A DNA stretch of 64,000 bases from Hypanus sabinus (GCF_030144855.1 NC_082714.1:93124001-93188000), one strand, 5' to 3'. Counted from the stretch's first letter, positions 1 to 13,867 are shown. Notes: generated from the letters alone by a model not told the origin. Program-made: numbers and translations.

Positions 1-589
1 ACCTCAGCACAGGACAAGGAAACCCCAGCACTGGGCTGGGCAAGGTACTGCTGTGCTGGGCGAGGCACATGGACATGACGGAAACACAGAGCCGACGGTG
101 AGACAGGGACATGGAACACCGAGCCGGGACCTCTCCTTGGACACAGGACGTAGGGCTGGGACTCATTACACAGAGCGCTGAACACAACGAGACAGTTCCA
201 AACGCTAGGTACCGGCTACATGGCCGGACCTACCTAGCGAAGGCGTGGACACAGACAGTTCCAAACAGGGCGAGGTTCCAGGCAGATACAAGGCGAGGTG
301 AGACAAGGCTCCAGGCAGAAGGGATACAGTCAGGGGGTTAGGACAGGAACAATCCACCAACCAGTGGCTGAATCCTGAAGCTATTTATGAGGCCAGCCCA
401 AACAAGAATCAGCAGTCTCAACGGAATGCCGATTTCGCGAACCGGACCATGAGCAGAGCAACAGACACAAAATACTGGACGAACTCAGCAGGCTAGACAA
501 CAGCTGTGGAAAGGAATAATGGATAATACCCATATTTTGCTCCTTTATCAGGTCCCTACACCGATCCTTGAGGGACACCACTTGTCACA
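1..589 (-). mobile_element. Partial LTR-like element
   Basis: Ends tgtcaca (TGTGACA on -), contains caaggcgagg repeats, and has an architecture mirroring the 59285 element. Confidence 0.4.
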
Positions 590-607
590 AACCTCTATCA
601 CGAATAT

Positions 608-652
608 GTGCGTGCGTGTGTGTGTGTGTTTATGCATGTGTTTATGTGTGTA
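608..652 (+). repeat. Imperfect (TG)n microsatellite
   Basis: Direct reading. Confidence 0.8.
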
Positions 653-1719
653 TATGATGTGATTTTAGACCAAGATAATAGAACCACTTAGTACAATCAA
701 ACACTCAGTATAATTGGTTTATTATTGTACCGAGGAACAGTGAAAAAATCCTTCTTTCACGTCCATTACAGAGAGATCGTTTCATCACATCAGTACAATT
801 CCCACTGGTGTCAGAGTACACCATGCCAGCCTCCTCCCTCCACCCTCCTCAATTTTTAACTTCATCCCTCTCCTCCTTAACCTGCCTACCAAACTCCTGT
901 TTAAATTCAGCTTCTGCGGAAATATCCAGAAGGAATCCCGAGTGAAAACGAGCCGCGCTGCCCACTGTGCGGTCTTCAGGCGAGAAGTTAAACTGAAGCC
1001 GGTCTGTTCATTACCACTCCACTGAAAACAAGAGAAAGTGACACCTTGCCGTCCCTGGAGCCAATATCTGTCAATCCAGACCAGACACCATTACGTGGCC
1101 GGTTTGTGGGAGCTTTCTGTGTAAATATTGGTCGGTGCCTTTTCAACTTTGTAACATCGATTAGAAAAACACTCCGTTGTGTATTAAACAACTTGGGAAC
1201 ACAGAAGGCGTGAACCATGTTAGAAACGTCCTCGCCCGCCTCCAACACAACCATCGCCGCATGGAAACATCGCCAAACCACTTCATCAAACACTTCTAGA
1301 TTTAAAATTAACCCCGAGATAGTAGCCGCACAGCCAACTGTATGTACTTCTCTGGAGGTAGACTTCCTGTCCTAATTAGGCCTTCATGATAAACCTAACC
1401 AGAGTCCTGTCTATAGTCTCACACACCAGAGTTAACACTATGTAGAATGCTTCGAGTGTGGTCTGACTAACGCGAGTAAGCGTGTATATTTTTTATGTGT
1501 TTGCAAACCGCGTTCCATCTGCGTGTACCTGGCCCCGCGTAAACAGGAAACCCGCAGAACGCCTCTACCTTTTTCCAATACAACCAAACATTTACTAATA
1601 AGCATTACGTTTGATTCTCATCAATTACAAAGGATCTCGCCCCCTCCCTTGCGCCAACTTTACAAACCGATGAACACGCGTCTGCGATTAAGACCCGGAG
1701 TTTAACTCGGTGACGAACA

Positions 1720-1762
1720 ATGAGATGCTGCGCGGTCTTCGCGCTCTCTTACTTAGTGCAAG
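1720..1762 (+). CDS. Gene A exon 1: signal peptide (MRCCAVFALSYLVQ)
   Basis: ATG at 1720, hydrophobic leader, phase-1 donor CAAG|GTGAGC at 1763, in phase with the V exon acceptor. Confidence 0.75.
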
Positions 1763-2466
1763 GTGAGCGACCTGAGTTTCGAGAAGAGAAGAGCTTGGGC
1801 AGCTGGTTTAGAGGGAATGCTGATCGCTAATTACACCGAAGGGATTTGGTAAAATAAATAAGTGGATTCTAATACCGGAGGGCATGCATTTAAGTTGAAA
1901 TGGTGTAGTTTCGAAGGAGGTGTGAAGGGCAGATAATGGTGGTGCCTGGAATACGCTGGGGAGGTGATAGAGGCAGACACATTAGGGACTTTTGAAATAC
2001 GTTTAGATAGGCGGATTGATGCGAGGAAAGTGGACGTTGTGTCGACAGAAGAGATTAGATGGTCACTTGATTATTAATTTAATTGGCTCGGCACAAAAGG
2101 GCCCATTACTCTGCTGTACTGTTCTATATTCTATGTCGATATTTTTGTTAACCATCGATACCGATAATCAGAGAAAGTAGAAGGTAGAATTAGGAAGGTA
2201 GATTACTCTGGAGAGAAGGTGCGGTAAATTAATTCCCACCCCACCAGGGAATGAAGTAACTGGAAGGATTTCCAATGGAGTTTTAAGAAGGGGATTTAGA
2301 TACAATTATGAGAGCAGAGCAGCCGGTAATACAATTAACTGTAGAGACTGAGCTTGCTGCTCTTTCTGTGTTCCAAAGTCTCAATTCGTAAAAAGATGGG
2401 GCGGTGTTGAAGTCGACGTGTTATCAGTGAGAGGACCACTCTGTGATCAAATCTTCCTTCTCTCAG

Positions 2467-2793
2467 TTTCTGTGTCTCAGGCCGCCTTGTTCCAGTCTCC
2501 GCCGATTCAGACCGTCCATGTCGGAGGTCGAGCCATCCTGAATTGTAGCCGGAACACCGTTGCGCTTGCTTTTATAAACTGGTATAAACGGAGCGACCAA
2601 AGGCATCTGCAGTTCGTGCATAGGGTGGGCACATACATGGAAGCAAAGGGGAGGTTCTCGGGGAAAGTGGACGCAAAATCGGCCACTTACTCCCTGGAGA
2701 TTACAAACGTCCAGCAAAATGATTCCGGGATCTACTTCTGCGCACACCAGCTCTTTGGCGAGTTCGGCAATGGATCCAATCTAGTGGTCACAG
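2467..2793 (+). CDS. Gene A exon 2: germline-joined VJ-type Ig V domain
   Basis: Acceptor ttccttctctcag| and donor ACAG|GTAACC, phase 1-1. Motifs LFQSP, ILNC, NWYK, RFSG, YSLEITNVQQNDSGIYFC and J motif FGNGSNLVVT all lie in one exon, with no RSS seen. Confidence 0.92.
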
Positions 2794-3264
2794 GTAACCC
2801 GACGAAACAAGTTCAACATTTCTGCTGATCCCGGTACCCTTTTTAAAAGTCCATGACCCCTACTGTGCATAGGAGCTACAAACAGCTCGCCATAGTCCCC
2901 TGTCCAGGGCCACTTTCAAATTGTCCCAGTGTGTAGCCCATATTCGAACGTCTTTCTTCTCCCAGGGAGCTTCTGTTTGTGTTACTGTAGCACTGAAGTT
3001 TTACAGGATGGGGTTACGAACCCCTTGCCCAACCCTACTCCTTTCGTAGCCGGGCTTAGGACTGTATATGGTGGCGTTTTGCTGGGGACCAGAGGGTACG
3101 TAGAGGATATAATTGAGACGGGAGTTTGACGGGAATTTGTGATGCTGTTGGAAGTGCGGAGATTAGGTTTGAGCTGCAGAGCGACTGATGAGGTTAATTC
3201 AGTTTAATTTAGAGATACAGCACGGCATCAGTCTCTTTCAATTACGAGTTAATTTTCACGTCTT

Positions 3265-3410
3265 TAGAATGTGGGAGGAAATCGGAGCACTCGGAGGAAA
3301 TCCACGCGTTCTCGTACTTACCACTTACAGGCAGTGACGGGGATTGAACCATAGCCTTACAGTTGGCTTAGTAAAGCGTTGCCATAACCGCTACGCTACC
3401 GTGCCACACC
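3265..3410 (-). repeat. V-SINE/HE1-like SINE copy
   Basis: Core tgtgggaggaaa(t/c)cggagcac(t/c)cggaggaaa(t/c)ccacgc. Confidence 0.6.
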
Positions 3411-4079
3411 TAAAGGTGGTCAGAACAAGGGCAGATGAAGTTTAAATCTGAGAAATCTGAGTTGAAGTTTTGGAAGCTCGGGAACAGATATAATGAACAG
3501 TAGTAGCAAAGCAGACTTGGAGACAATTTGGTGAAACAAACATACCAAATATTTGTCTTCAGTTGCTGCGGATTAGAATCTAAGAGCAAGGAAGTGGGTA
3601 TATTCAAACTGTGTAACACATTAATCAAACCAAAATTTGAGTCGTCTGTTAAAATTGGAGCCAGGACGTTAATTGGAGCAGGGAAGCGATTGCGCTGGAG
3701 AGGATGTAGAGGATTCACCAGTTTTGCATCCTCGAAGTTCTCCAATGCTTAATGTTCATCATAAAAGGCTCAGGTCGGATCTTTAAGATCCGACAAGAGA
3801 GGTTTTCAATTAAGTTACCTATGAGGGAAGGAATGCTACTGGACCGTATCTAAGTGAATGAAGTTTGTGAGAAAACCATAAATATCTCAGCAGTTTCATG
3901 GAAAATGTATTTTCCCTCTCGCTCCCATTCTCCTGTCTTCTCCCCGTAACCTTTGATTTCCTTGCTAATTAAGATCCTATCAACCTGTGCTTTAAATATT
4001 GGTCTGTATAGCCCTCTGTGACAAAGAATTCCACAGATTCGCCTGCTTCTGGCTCGTCAGTCTGAAAAAGTGTCAGCTG

Positions 4080-7000
4080 GGGAGCGGTTTTGGAATAGTA
4101 GCCGTGACTCCACATATTTCAAGTGGGTATGGAATATAAATGTTCGCATGAACCAGAAATAAACCTCTTACGCTGGGCAAATCCATGTTCGTTAATATTA
4201 GACAGGAGCAGGATAGAGTTCAATGGGAACAGCCCCTTGCCGGTAAGCCCCTATGTGTATGGAAGAAATAGGAAAAACTCAGGGCCAACATGCTTTTGTA
4301 AGGATAAAAGGAAGATGTCATAATCTCAGAGAGCTATGTGCGACAAGGTTTTTGAGGATGGACAAAGATTAAAAAAAATGAAACGCATGTTATGTATAGA
4401 AAGTTAAAGACTATCGAAGCCCTTCCTGGTATCAAAAAGGCAGGTGATGCTTAAAAGGCAGATTAATTAAAGTCACAAAATATCAATGTCAAGCAGATAG
4501 GAGTTTATCTGCAAGCCACCTAAAAGTGTATTAAGGGCGAAATATCATCCAAGGAAATATTAGAGCCCATTACCAGCAACGGACGAATCTGTGTTTGGAG
4601 CTGGAAGTTATTGGAATGGTGTTAAATGAGTACGCTTCATCAGAATTCACAAAGGTAGTGCACCTTGTAGATGGAGGCATCAGTGAAGGGAAAGGTGAAC
4701 TTTTGGTGTAAATCTCAATAAATTAAGAACACGCGTTTGAAGCCATAGCGGCTTTAAAAGTCAAAAATCGCCGGATCTATCCTAGGCTTTTGTGGCAAGC
4801 AAAGTGAGAGATTGCTGGATCTTAAAGTAAGGTATTGTAAATTTTCGCGGTATACATGTGAGGCTCCTGGAAGGTAGCAGTTGGAGTACCAGGGAAAAGA
4901 CTGGCAAAAATAGATCTATGAGTGGTAGGGATCTTAAAAGACTGAACTTCGAGGGACAGGATTAATAATATGTTGCAGTGACAAGGTCTAATCAGAGACA
5001 GCTAAGCTGGCTGTGTCAATAGCTGATCATGTCTGAGAAATCTGAATCGAAATTCTTGAAGAGGAAGCCAAGTCTATGATATAGACAGTGCAATCAATGT
5101 ATGTTTTACATGCACTTCATAGACGCCTCTGACAAGGTCCCACACAGACATGGACCAGGGCAATTTGGCAAACGATTCCACATTGGGCTGGCAACAAAGG
5201 CAAGGGAAGGTTGGATGCCTGTTACAAGCGGTGTTGTCCAAGAATAGATGGTGGAGTCTTGGCTCTTTTAAATATTCTTGAATAGTTTAGATTCTGATTT
5301 CAGAAGCAAGATCAGTAAATTTGTGGAGAATACAAAAAAGGGAGAAATAGTGTATAGTACGGATAGTGTGAAAGTTAGTCTTTGTCCAAGGGGTGATACT
5401 GAAGTGTTGATGAAATACATTATAAATGTTAAGCCGGGATAGGGCGAGTGGATGCGTTTTGGGAGGATTAATGAGGAAAGGACATGAGAAACATAGAGGT
5501 TGAGGAACAGAAGGACCTTGGATTACAAATCCAGTGATCATTCAAGGTGGCATCTCAAGTACATAATGTGATTATGAACATAGAACATAGAATAATACAG
5601 CACATTACAGGCCCTTCGGCCCACAATATTGTGCTGACCCTCAAACCCTGCATCGCATATAACCCCCCACCTTAAATTCCTCCATATACCTATCTAGTAG
5701 TCTCTTAAACTTCACTAGTGTGTCTGCCTCCACCAATGACTCAGGCAGTGCATTCCACGCACCAACCACTCTCTGAGTGAAAAACCTTCCTCTAATATCC
5801 CCCTTGAACTTCCCTCCCCTTAACTTAAAGCCATGTCCTCTTGTACTGAGCAGTGGTGCCCTGGGGAAGAGGCGCTGGCTGTCCACTCTGTCAATTCCTC
5901 TTAATATCTTGTATAGCTCTATCATTTCTCCTCTCATCCTCCTTCTCTCCAAAGAGTAAAACCCTAGCTCCCTTAATCTCTGATCATAATCCATACTCTC
6001 TAAACCAGGCAGCATCCTGGTAAATCTCCTCTGTACCCTTCCAGTGCTTCCTATCGTGAAGCGACCAGAACTGGACACAGTACTAAAAGTGTGGCCTAAC
6101 CAGAGTTTTATAGAGCTGCATCATTACATCGCGTCTCTTAAACTCTATCCCTCGACTTATGAAAGCTAACACCCATAAGCTTTCTTAGCTACCCTATCTA
6201 ACTGTGAGGCAACTTTCAGGGATCTGGGGCATGTACCCCCAGATCCCTTTGCTCCTCCACACTACCAAGTATCCTGCTATTTACTTTGTACTCTGCCTTG
6301 GAGTATGTCCTTCCAAAGTGTACCACCTCACACTTCTCCGGGTTGAACTCCATCTACCACTGATCAGCCCACTTCTGCATCCTATCAATGTCTCTCTGCA
6401 ATCTTCGACAACTCTCTACACTATATACAACAGCACCAACCTTTGTGTCGACTGCAAACGTGCCAACCCACCCTTCTACCCCCACATTCAGGTCGTTAAT
6501 AAAAATCACGGAAAGTAGAGGTCCCAGAACAGATCCTCGTGGGACACCACTAGTCACAACCCTCCAATCTGAATGTACTCCCTCCACCACAACCCTCCGC
6601 CTTCTGCAGGCAAGGCAATTCTGAATCCTCCTGGCCAAACCTCCCTGGATCCCATGCCTTCTGACTTTCTGAATAAGCCTACCATGTGGAACCTTGTCAA
6701 ATATCTTACTAAAATCACATCCACTGCACTACCCTGATCTATATGCCTGGTCACCGCCTCAAAAAACTCTGTCAGGCTTGTTAGGCACGATCTGCCCTTC
6801 ACAAAGCCATGCTGACTGTCCCTAATCAGACCATGATTCTTTAAATGCCCATAGATCCTATCTCTAAGAATCTTTTCCAACAGCTTTCCCACCACAGACG
6901 TAAGGCTCACTGGCCTATAATTACCCGGACTATCCCTATTACCTTTTTTGAACAAGGGGACAGCATTCGCCTCCCTCCAATCCTCTGGTACCATTCCTGT

Positions 7001-9600
7001 GGACACCGAGGACATAAAGATCCTAGCCAGAGGATCAGCAATCTCTTCCCTCGCCTCGTGGAGCAGCCTGGGGAATAGTCCGTCAGGCTTGGGGGACTTA
7101 TCCATTCTAATGTATTTTAACAACTCCAACACCTCCTCTCCCTTAATATCAACATGCTCCAGAAAATCAACCTCACTCATATTGTCCTCACCGTCATCAA
7201 GTTCCCTCTCATTGGTGAATACCGAAGAGAAGTATTCATTGAGGACCTCTCTCACTTCCACAACCTCCAGGCACATCTTCCCACTTTTATCTCTAATCTG
7301 TCCTACCTTTACTCCTGTCATCCTTTTGTTCTTCACCTAATTGAAGAATGCCTTGGGGTTTTCCTTTACCCTACTTGCCAAGGCCTTCTCATGCCCCCTT
7401 CTTGCTCTTCTCAGCCCCTTCTTAAGCTCCTTTCTTGCTACCTTATATTCCTCAATAGACCCATCTGATCCTTGCTTCCTAAACCTCATGCATGCTGTCT
7501 TCTTCCACCTGACTAGATTTTCCACTTCACTTGTCACCCATGGTTCCTTCACCTTACCATTCTTTATCTTCCTCACCGGGACAAATTTATCCCTAAACAT
7601 CCTGCAAAAGATCCTTAAACATTGACTACATGTCCATAGTACATTTCCCTGCGAAAACATCATCTCAATTCACACCCGCAAGTTCCAGCCTTATCACCTC
7701 ATAATTTGTCCTTCGCCAATTAAAAATTTTCCTGTCCTATCTGATTCTATCCTTTTCCAAGATAATACTAAAGGCCAGGGAGCGGTGATCATTGTCTCGC
7801 AGATGCTCACCCACTGACAGATCTATGACCTGACCCGGTTCGTTACCTAATACTAAATCTAGTATGGTATTCCCCCTAGTCGGTCTGTCAACATACTGTG
7901 ACAGGAATCCATCCTGGACACACTTAACAAACTCTGCACCATCTAAACCCTTGGAACTAAACAAGTGCCAATCAATATTAGGGACGTTAAAGTCACCCAT
8001 GATAACAACCCTGTTCTTTCGCCACCTTTCCAAAATCTGCCACCCAATCTGCTCCTCGGTATCTCTGCTGCTGCCTGGGGGCCTATAGAACACCCCCAGT
8101 AGAGTAACTGCTCCCTTCCTGTTCCTGACCTCTACCCATACTGATTCAAAAGAGGATCTTGCTGCATTATCCACCCTTTCTGCAGCTGTAATAGTATCCC
8201 GACTAGTAATGCCACCCCTCTCCCCCTTCCCCCCCTCTCTATCCCTTTTAAAGCACTGAAATCCAGGAATATTAAGAATCCATTCCTGCCCTGGTGCCAG
8301 CCAAGTCTCCGTAATGACCACAACATCATAATTCCACGTATGCATCCAAGCTCTCAGTTCATCACCTTTGTTCCTGATGCTTCTTGCATTGAAGTACATA
8401 CACTTTAGCCCTTCTACCTTACTACATTTCCACCCTTTATTCTGCTTCTTTTTCATCGAAGCCTCTCTATATGTTAGATCTGGCTTTACTCCATGCACTT
8501 CCTTCACTGCTCTATCGCTCTGGGCCCCACCCCCCTTGCAAATTAGTTTAACCCCCCCCCGAACCATGTTAGCATACCTACATGCAAGGATGTTGCTCCC
8601 CCTCGAGTTCAGGTGTAACCCATCCAATCTATACAGGTCCCACCTTCCCCAGAAGGGATCCCAATGATCCAAAAATTTAAAACCCTGCGCCCTGCAACAA
8701 CTCCTCAGCCACACATTCATCTGCCATCTCCTCCAATTCTTACCATCACTATCACGTAGCACTGGCAACAATCCTGAGAACGCCACCCTTGAGGTCTGTT
8801 CTTCAGCCTTCTGTCTAGTTCCTGAAACTCACACTTCAGGACCTCATCCCTCTTCCTGCTTATGTTGTTGGTACCAACATGTATCACGACTTCTGGTTGC
8901 TTTCCCTCTCGTAACAGTATGTCATGCACGCGGTCAGAGACATCCCGGACCCTGGCACCCGGGAGGCAACAAACCATGCGGGTGTCCTTCTCACGTCCAC
9001 AAAATCTCCTGTCTGCTCCCCTGACTATACAGTCTGTAATGACGTCAGCTCTCCTCTTCTCCGTCCCGTCCTTCTGCACCACAGGGTCAGACTCAGTGCC
9101 AGAGGCCTTGCCACCGTGGCTCACACCTGGTCGGTCGTCCACGCCAACAGCATCCAGGATGGTAAACTTATTAATCAGGGGAATGGCTACAGGGGTGCTC
9201 TGCACTACCTGTCTACTCTCCTTCGCTTTCCCCCCTCGGACTGTCATCCAAAGACCTGTTTCCGGCGGCCTAGGTGTGACTACCTCCCTGTAGCTTTTAT
9301 CATGAAGGGAAATGGATATTGGCCTTTCATTAATCAGGTTATTGAATTGAAAGACAGGGAGGTTATAGACTCTAAGTAAAGAGCAGGAGGCCCTTCCATA
9401 CATTTGAGGTAGACAAACAAAAGAGCAAAGATTTATTCTAAGGTAGAAGATTTTCGTGGGGAGCTGAAGAGGATCAACCATCATAGAATGGTTGCAGTAG
9501 ATTTGCTGACAGCATCTAAAGAGGTGTCCAGATGTGTTCAGTGATTACTTAGACAGAAGGGTCTTTGCTAAGTGTAGGAAGATGGGATTAATGTGGATTA
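4080..9600 (+). mobile_element. Older degenerate CR1 (+) split by the 5579-9298 insertion
   Basis: CR1 RT-like DNA runs to KVASQV-like codons at 5545-5578 and resumes at 9299 with a LAFINQGIE-like sequence. Confidence 0.6.
5579..9298 (-). mobile_element. CR1 LINE, 5'-truncated within ORF1 (SGNH esterase ORF1; APE and RT ORF2, frameshifted)
   Basis: ORFs 8717-9484 (CLPGARV..VIHVGTNN), 7737-8786 (YFNARSI, ITETWL, MGDFN), 6554-7336 (NYRPVSLTS, QHGF), 6354-6638 and 5641-6078. (ttctatg)-type 3' tail at about 5579. Confidence 0.92.
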
Positions 9601-9824
9601 GTGCCCACTGGTCGAGATGATGAGCCGTATTGTCTGCTTCCCCGCTATGGGTCTCTATCACAACGATGCCGTTTCGTTTGCGTGGAGCGGCTGTAACGAA
9701 GCTCTGTTTTCCTTCGGGTGGAGAGGGTAAGCTGATAGAAGTGTGAAACATCAGTTGAGCCTAAACACGGGGCAATATACAAAGACAAATTAGCCTACTG
9801 ACTGATACAAATTTGGACTGTGCC

Positions 9825-9990
9825 AAATTGGACAGCTGGAAACCGGAGCATCCGGAGGAAACCCACGCTCACCACGAGGAATGGTGTTTCAAGGCGACAA
9901 ACTCCTTACAGTGGAAGCCGGGGTTGAACTCCAAACTCCGTCTCCTTGAAGTATAATAGCGTCCCGTTAAACACTCTGCTGCCGAGGCGC
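9825..9990 (-). repeat. V-SINE/HE1-like SINE copy
   Basis: ggaaaccggagcatccggaggaaacccacgc core. Confidence 0.6.
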
Positions 9991-10287
9991 CGGTAAATGT
10001 ATCGATAATCCTATATAGAGGAGGGGTGGGAGATTTAGAGAAGGCTTGAAGAAGGGTGTTTCTCTCCGAGGGGCGATGGGATCTCACTCCCTGAGGGGTA
10101 GCGATGCAGCTACTTGCTCAGTTTTGGAGGCGAACTATCACAGACAGAGGGCCTTATAAACTAGGATTAGTACAGATATGTACTTGACCGCCACCCCGGG
10201 GAACATGGCCAGAATAGCCTGATTTTGAAACGGTGATTAAAATTGGCCATCCAATTAATACAGTGTTGTTGTGTTTTCCGCATTCAG

Positions 10288-10578
10288 CACAGCCTCCCAC
10301 CATATTCCTGTTAGCGCCGCAAGCGGATCAAATTGCCCGAATGCAACTGGTGACATTGATGTGTTTGGTGAGAGGCGTGTCTTCCCACTCGCTGAGCATC
10401 CGCTGGAACATATCTGGAAATACCACAGAAAGTCGCGTTGATCCCCCGATATTTGATCCGGACGGAGGCTACAGCGTTAGAAGCCGCTTCCAGATCCCGG
10501 CGGAAATTTGGCGTAGCGGCGCCGTCTGCACTTGCGCCGCTGGACATCTGGTCAGTGACAATGTCTCCGCTCAGAAAG
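10288..10578 (+). CDS. Gene A exon 3: C1-set Ig constant domain
   Basis: Acceptor ttttccgcattcag| and donor AAAG|GTATCG, phase 1-1. Translation PPTIFLLAP..VTLMCLVRG..IRWNISG..GGYSVRS..EIWRSGAVCTC. Confidence 0.9.
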
Positions 10579-11249
10579 GTATCGTAGAAACTAGCGATTC
10601 CCATCGGCTTCATGACGCGAGACCATTCGGCCCTTTGTATTTATGCCTAGCATCGAGTTAAATCCCGCTCTCCAGCGCTATCTACGTGGCCCTAACGGCT
10701 CTACTGCCGCATTCAAACACTGCGGCATTGTGAGCAGAGCTTCTGCCCCCTCGCCATCGATCATGGAAACTTTCACCTCTCTCCGAGTGAAACCCTTTCC
10801 CTTATTTCCTTTATCATCACTCTAACTTTTAATGGGCATCTCTTGGTTTGGCCACTCTGCTCAGGGAAATGGTGAGAATCAGAATCAGATTTATTATCAT
10901 TGACTTTTTATTCATAATGATTCATTTTTGTTTCTTCAAACTACAAAGTACATTTATTATCAAAGTAAGTATATGTCACGATACATCGCATTGAGATCAC
11001 AGACATTCACAGTAGAACAAGAAAGAAATATAGCAGAATTTGTGAAAAGCTATGAATAACGAAGACTGACAAACAACCGATGTACAAACGAAGTCAAATC
11101 GTACAAATGATAAATAAGTTAATAAATAATAGAGTTGTAGTGTCCTTGAAAGTACTCATCTCCCGACACACGACTCCGATAAATTTTGGATAGATAAGCT
11201 TTAATTGTCAAGTGTACATCGAAAAATTCAGTGAACTGCGTCTTTTGCG

Positions 11250-11490
11250 TCAAGTCAAATCAGTGATGGTGTACTGGGGCACGGAAGTGCCGCCATGCTT
11301 CCGGCGGCAGTATAGCATGCCTGTAACTCACTAACCTAAACGCTATGTCCTCGGAACGTGAGAGCAAACCGGAGCACCCAGAGGCAACCCATCGGGTTAC
11401 CGGGAGAATGTACAATCTCTTTACAGACCGCAGCAGGAATCGAGCCACGACCTTTCAGCCGGCACTGTAAGTCGTTTCGCTAACCGATAC
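11250..11490 (-). repeat. V-SINE/HE1-like SINE copy
   Basis: aaaccggagcacccagaggcaaccc core. Another copy lies near 60380-60530. Confidence 0.55.
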
Positions 11491-12869
11491 GTTAACGCAC
11501 GGCTCTATAAATTTCTCTATAGTCACCTCAGATTTTATATAATGGGGGAAACCGGTTGCAAAACATTCAACTCATTACAAGACAGAAGTAGTTCAGGCCC
11601 GAAAATGACCTATTTACCACCGACTCTCTGTCGGCTAATCATTCCCCTCTCCAGGCCAGTATACCCCTTTCCAGCGTCGGGCGCGCTTAGCTGTGACAGA
11701 TCGAACACCTCTGAACATGCGCGACCCTGTAGCTTCCAGTTCGCCTTTACCTATCATATTTGCTATAACCTCAAAAGTTAGTAAATTTCAAACTCAAACG
11801 CCCTGGCCCGGACATATATCTCTATGGGCCCTTTGAACAGAGTTCTTACAGGATTTAGATAGGTACATGGATGAAAGGAAAATGGAGGGTAATGTAGAAG
11901 GGAAGGAATAGACCGATTTTAGAGTGAAAAGGTCGGCAGAGCATCATTATGCCTGTACTGTGCTGTACAGATTTCCGTTCCGTGATCTATTCATCTCAAA
12001 AGCTACATGGCTCTTGCATCTTGTTATTCACCTACACTGCGCTTTCTATGTAGCTGCAATACATCATCCCCAGTTTCTCATTTTGTGCTACTCGGTGTTT
12101 TATGTGCGATATGATCTGTCTGATGGCAAACTTTTCACTGCATCTCGGTTTATATGCTGATAATAAACCTGATACTAATTGCTATAATCTTCCAAGATTT
12201 ATTACATTTCAAATTAGACCCAGATACAAAGCTTGCAAAGGAAAGTGACCAATCAGATCATTTTCTATGACATTCCCTCAAGGCTCTTACAGTCCTCAAT
12301 CTCGTGCTTGTTATTGGCCGAGTCAGGACTTGACACACACTGTCCCCGATTTCTGACCTTTGTATCTCCTTTAGCCTTGCCGCATAGAATGGGAAATCAT
12401 ACTTGCTTTGATTCTTTGTTGCCACATAGTTACCAGCAACGCCTTCCTAACTGTGAGGCAGCGGGAATATCTGGTGGTATGCCACATGATCACGCGGAAA
12501 CGTGCACACTTCACAGAGGGAACATTCTAGAGCTGGATCAAAATCGTGACCTTAGAGTAACAAGCTAGCTTTACAATAGAATAGAGCGAACATATCCGAG
12601 TCAGAGGTACAAACAGCGAACGACGTTGGCCAGCAAGTGAAGGGTAATCAAAGACCACCCTCCCCAACCTTGAAAGAAGTGTTGCAGTAAGGACAGTGAA
12701 TGTTATTGGTATTAACCCAGTATCAGACTAGAGCAGAAGTTGAAGAGCATGTAAATGCCACCGGAAGCCTAAGTACCAGTATGGGGTTGTTGGGCCGAAA
12801 GGCCAGTTCCTGTGACGAGTAGACAGCCATTTGGATAGACTGTTGTAGATATCTAAGGTCAGTATTTTC

Positions 12870-13200
12870 AGAAGGAATGAGAGATTAGAGCATGAGACCA
12901 GAAGACGTTGTATTATTCAGCTCATCGAGTCTGCTCCGTTATTCCATCGTCGCTGATTCACTATCGCCCTCAAACCTATTCTCCTGCCTTTCCCCGAAAC
13001 CTCTGATGCTCTTGCTAATCGAGAAACCATCAACCTCCCCTTTAAATATAACAATTGTAAACTCAGCTAGCTCCATCATGGCCGACAGTATCCTTAGTAT
13101 CCAGGACACTTGCAAAACGCCGTGCTTCAAAAAGGGGCATCTATCATTATGGACCCCATCACCCAGGACATGCCCTCTACGCATTGCTTCTCTCACGATA
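12870..13200 (-). mobile_element. CR1 3' fragment
   Basis: ORF 12939-13196 and DNA resemble the CR1 RT C-terminus and 3'UTR. Confidence 0.55.
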
Positions 13201-13587
13201 GAACTATAAGAGTCTGAAAAAACACACTCAAAGTTTTAGGATCAGCTTCTTCCCCTCCGCCATCAGATATCTGAATGAATAATTAACCCATGATCACTAC
13301 CTCACGATTTCCCTCTCTGTTTGCCCGACTTATTTAATTTGCAGACAGACAGACAGACGGACACATACATATACTTCCTATTGTAATTTATAGTTTTGAT
13401 TCTTTCACATTGCAATATACTTGGACAGCAACACAGCAAGTCTCATGGCAAATGCCTGATTCTGATTCTGATAATATCTTGAATTTATGTACAATGTGTT
13501 GAGTAATTAGGGCACACAGGCCAACAAATGCAGCTTGGAACTGATGTTAAATTACTTTCAATTGAAAGTCTATTCTATGTCCTTTAG

Positions 13588-13707
13588 ACAGCCTGCAGCT
13601 CCAGCTCTGTCATGTGCTTTCAATTGGCCTGGCGGCGACCCTCGTGTTTCTTGCTATAGGGGCGACCACTGTGGCCATTAAGAAGTATCGGAAGGAACGC
13701 AAACCAG
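13588..13707 (+). CDS. Gene A exon 4: transmembrane exon (DSLQLQLCHVLSIGLAATLVFLAIGATTVAIKKYRKERKP)
   Basis: Acceptor cctttag| and donor CCAG|GTAACG, 120 nt, phase 1-1. Hydrophobic span with no charged residue in its core, followed by a basic stop-transfer sequence. Confidence 0.85.
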
Positions 13708-13808
13708 GTAACGTGCTGACCTTAACCCAATCATGACCTGAACTTCTCGCCAAACGGTGAATAATCCCTTTGAAGAAAAGCTCACTTTTAAACATTTCTT
13801 TCAATCAG

Positions 13809-13867
13809 TAAAAGGAGAAACGGCAGGCAAAAGCACCACCACCCGGCGAAAGGATCGAGAATGTGAT
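13809..13867 (+). CDS. Gene A exon 5: cytoplasmic exon (VKGETAGKSTTTRRKDRECD)
   Basis: Acceptor ttctttcaatcag| and perfect donor GAT|GTAAGT, phase 1 to 0, open frame, 101-nt intron after the TM exon. Confidence 0.75.

Noticed and set aside
12281-12350. Hydrophobic stretch ALTVLNLVLVIG as TM exon of gene A
   Set aside because: Too short, no donor, wrong phase; the 13588-13707 exon fits properly.
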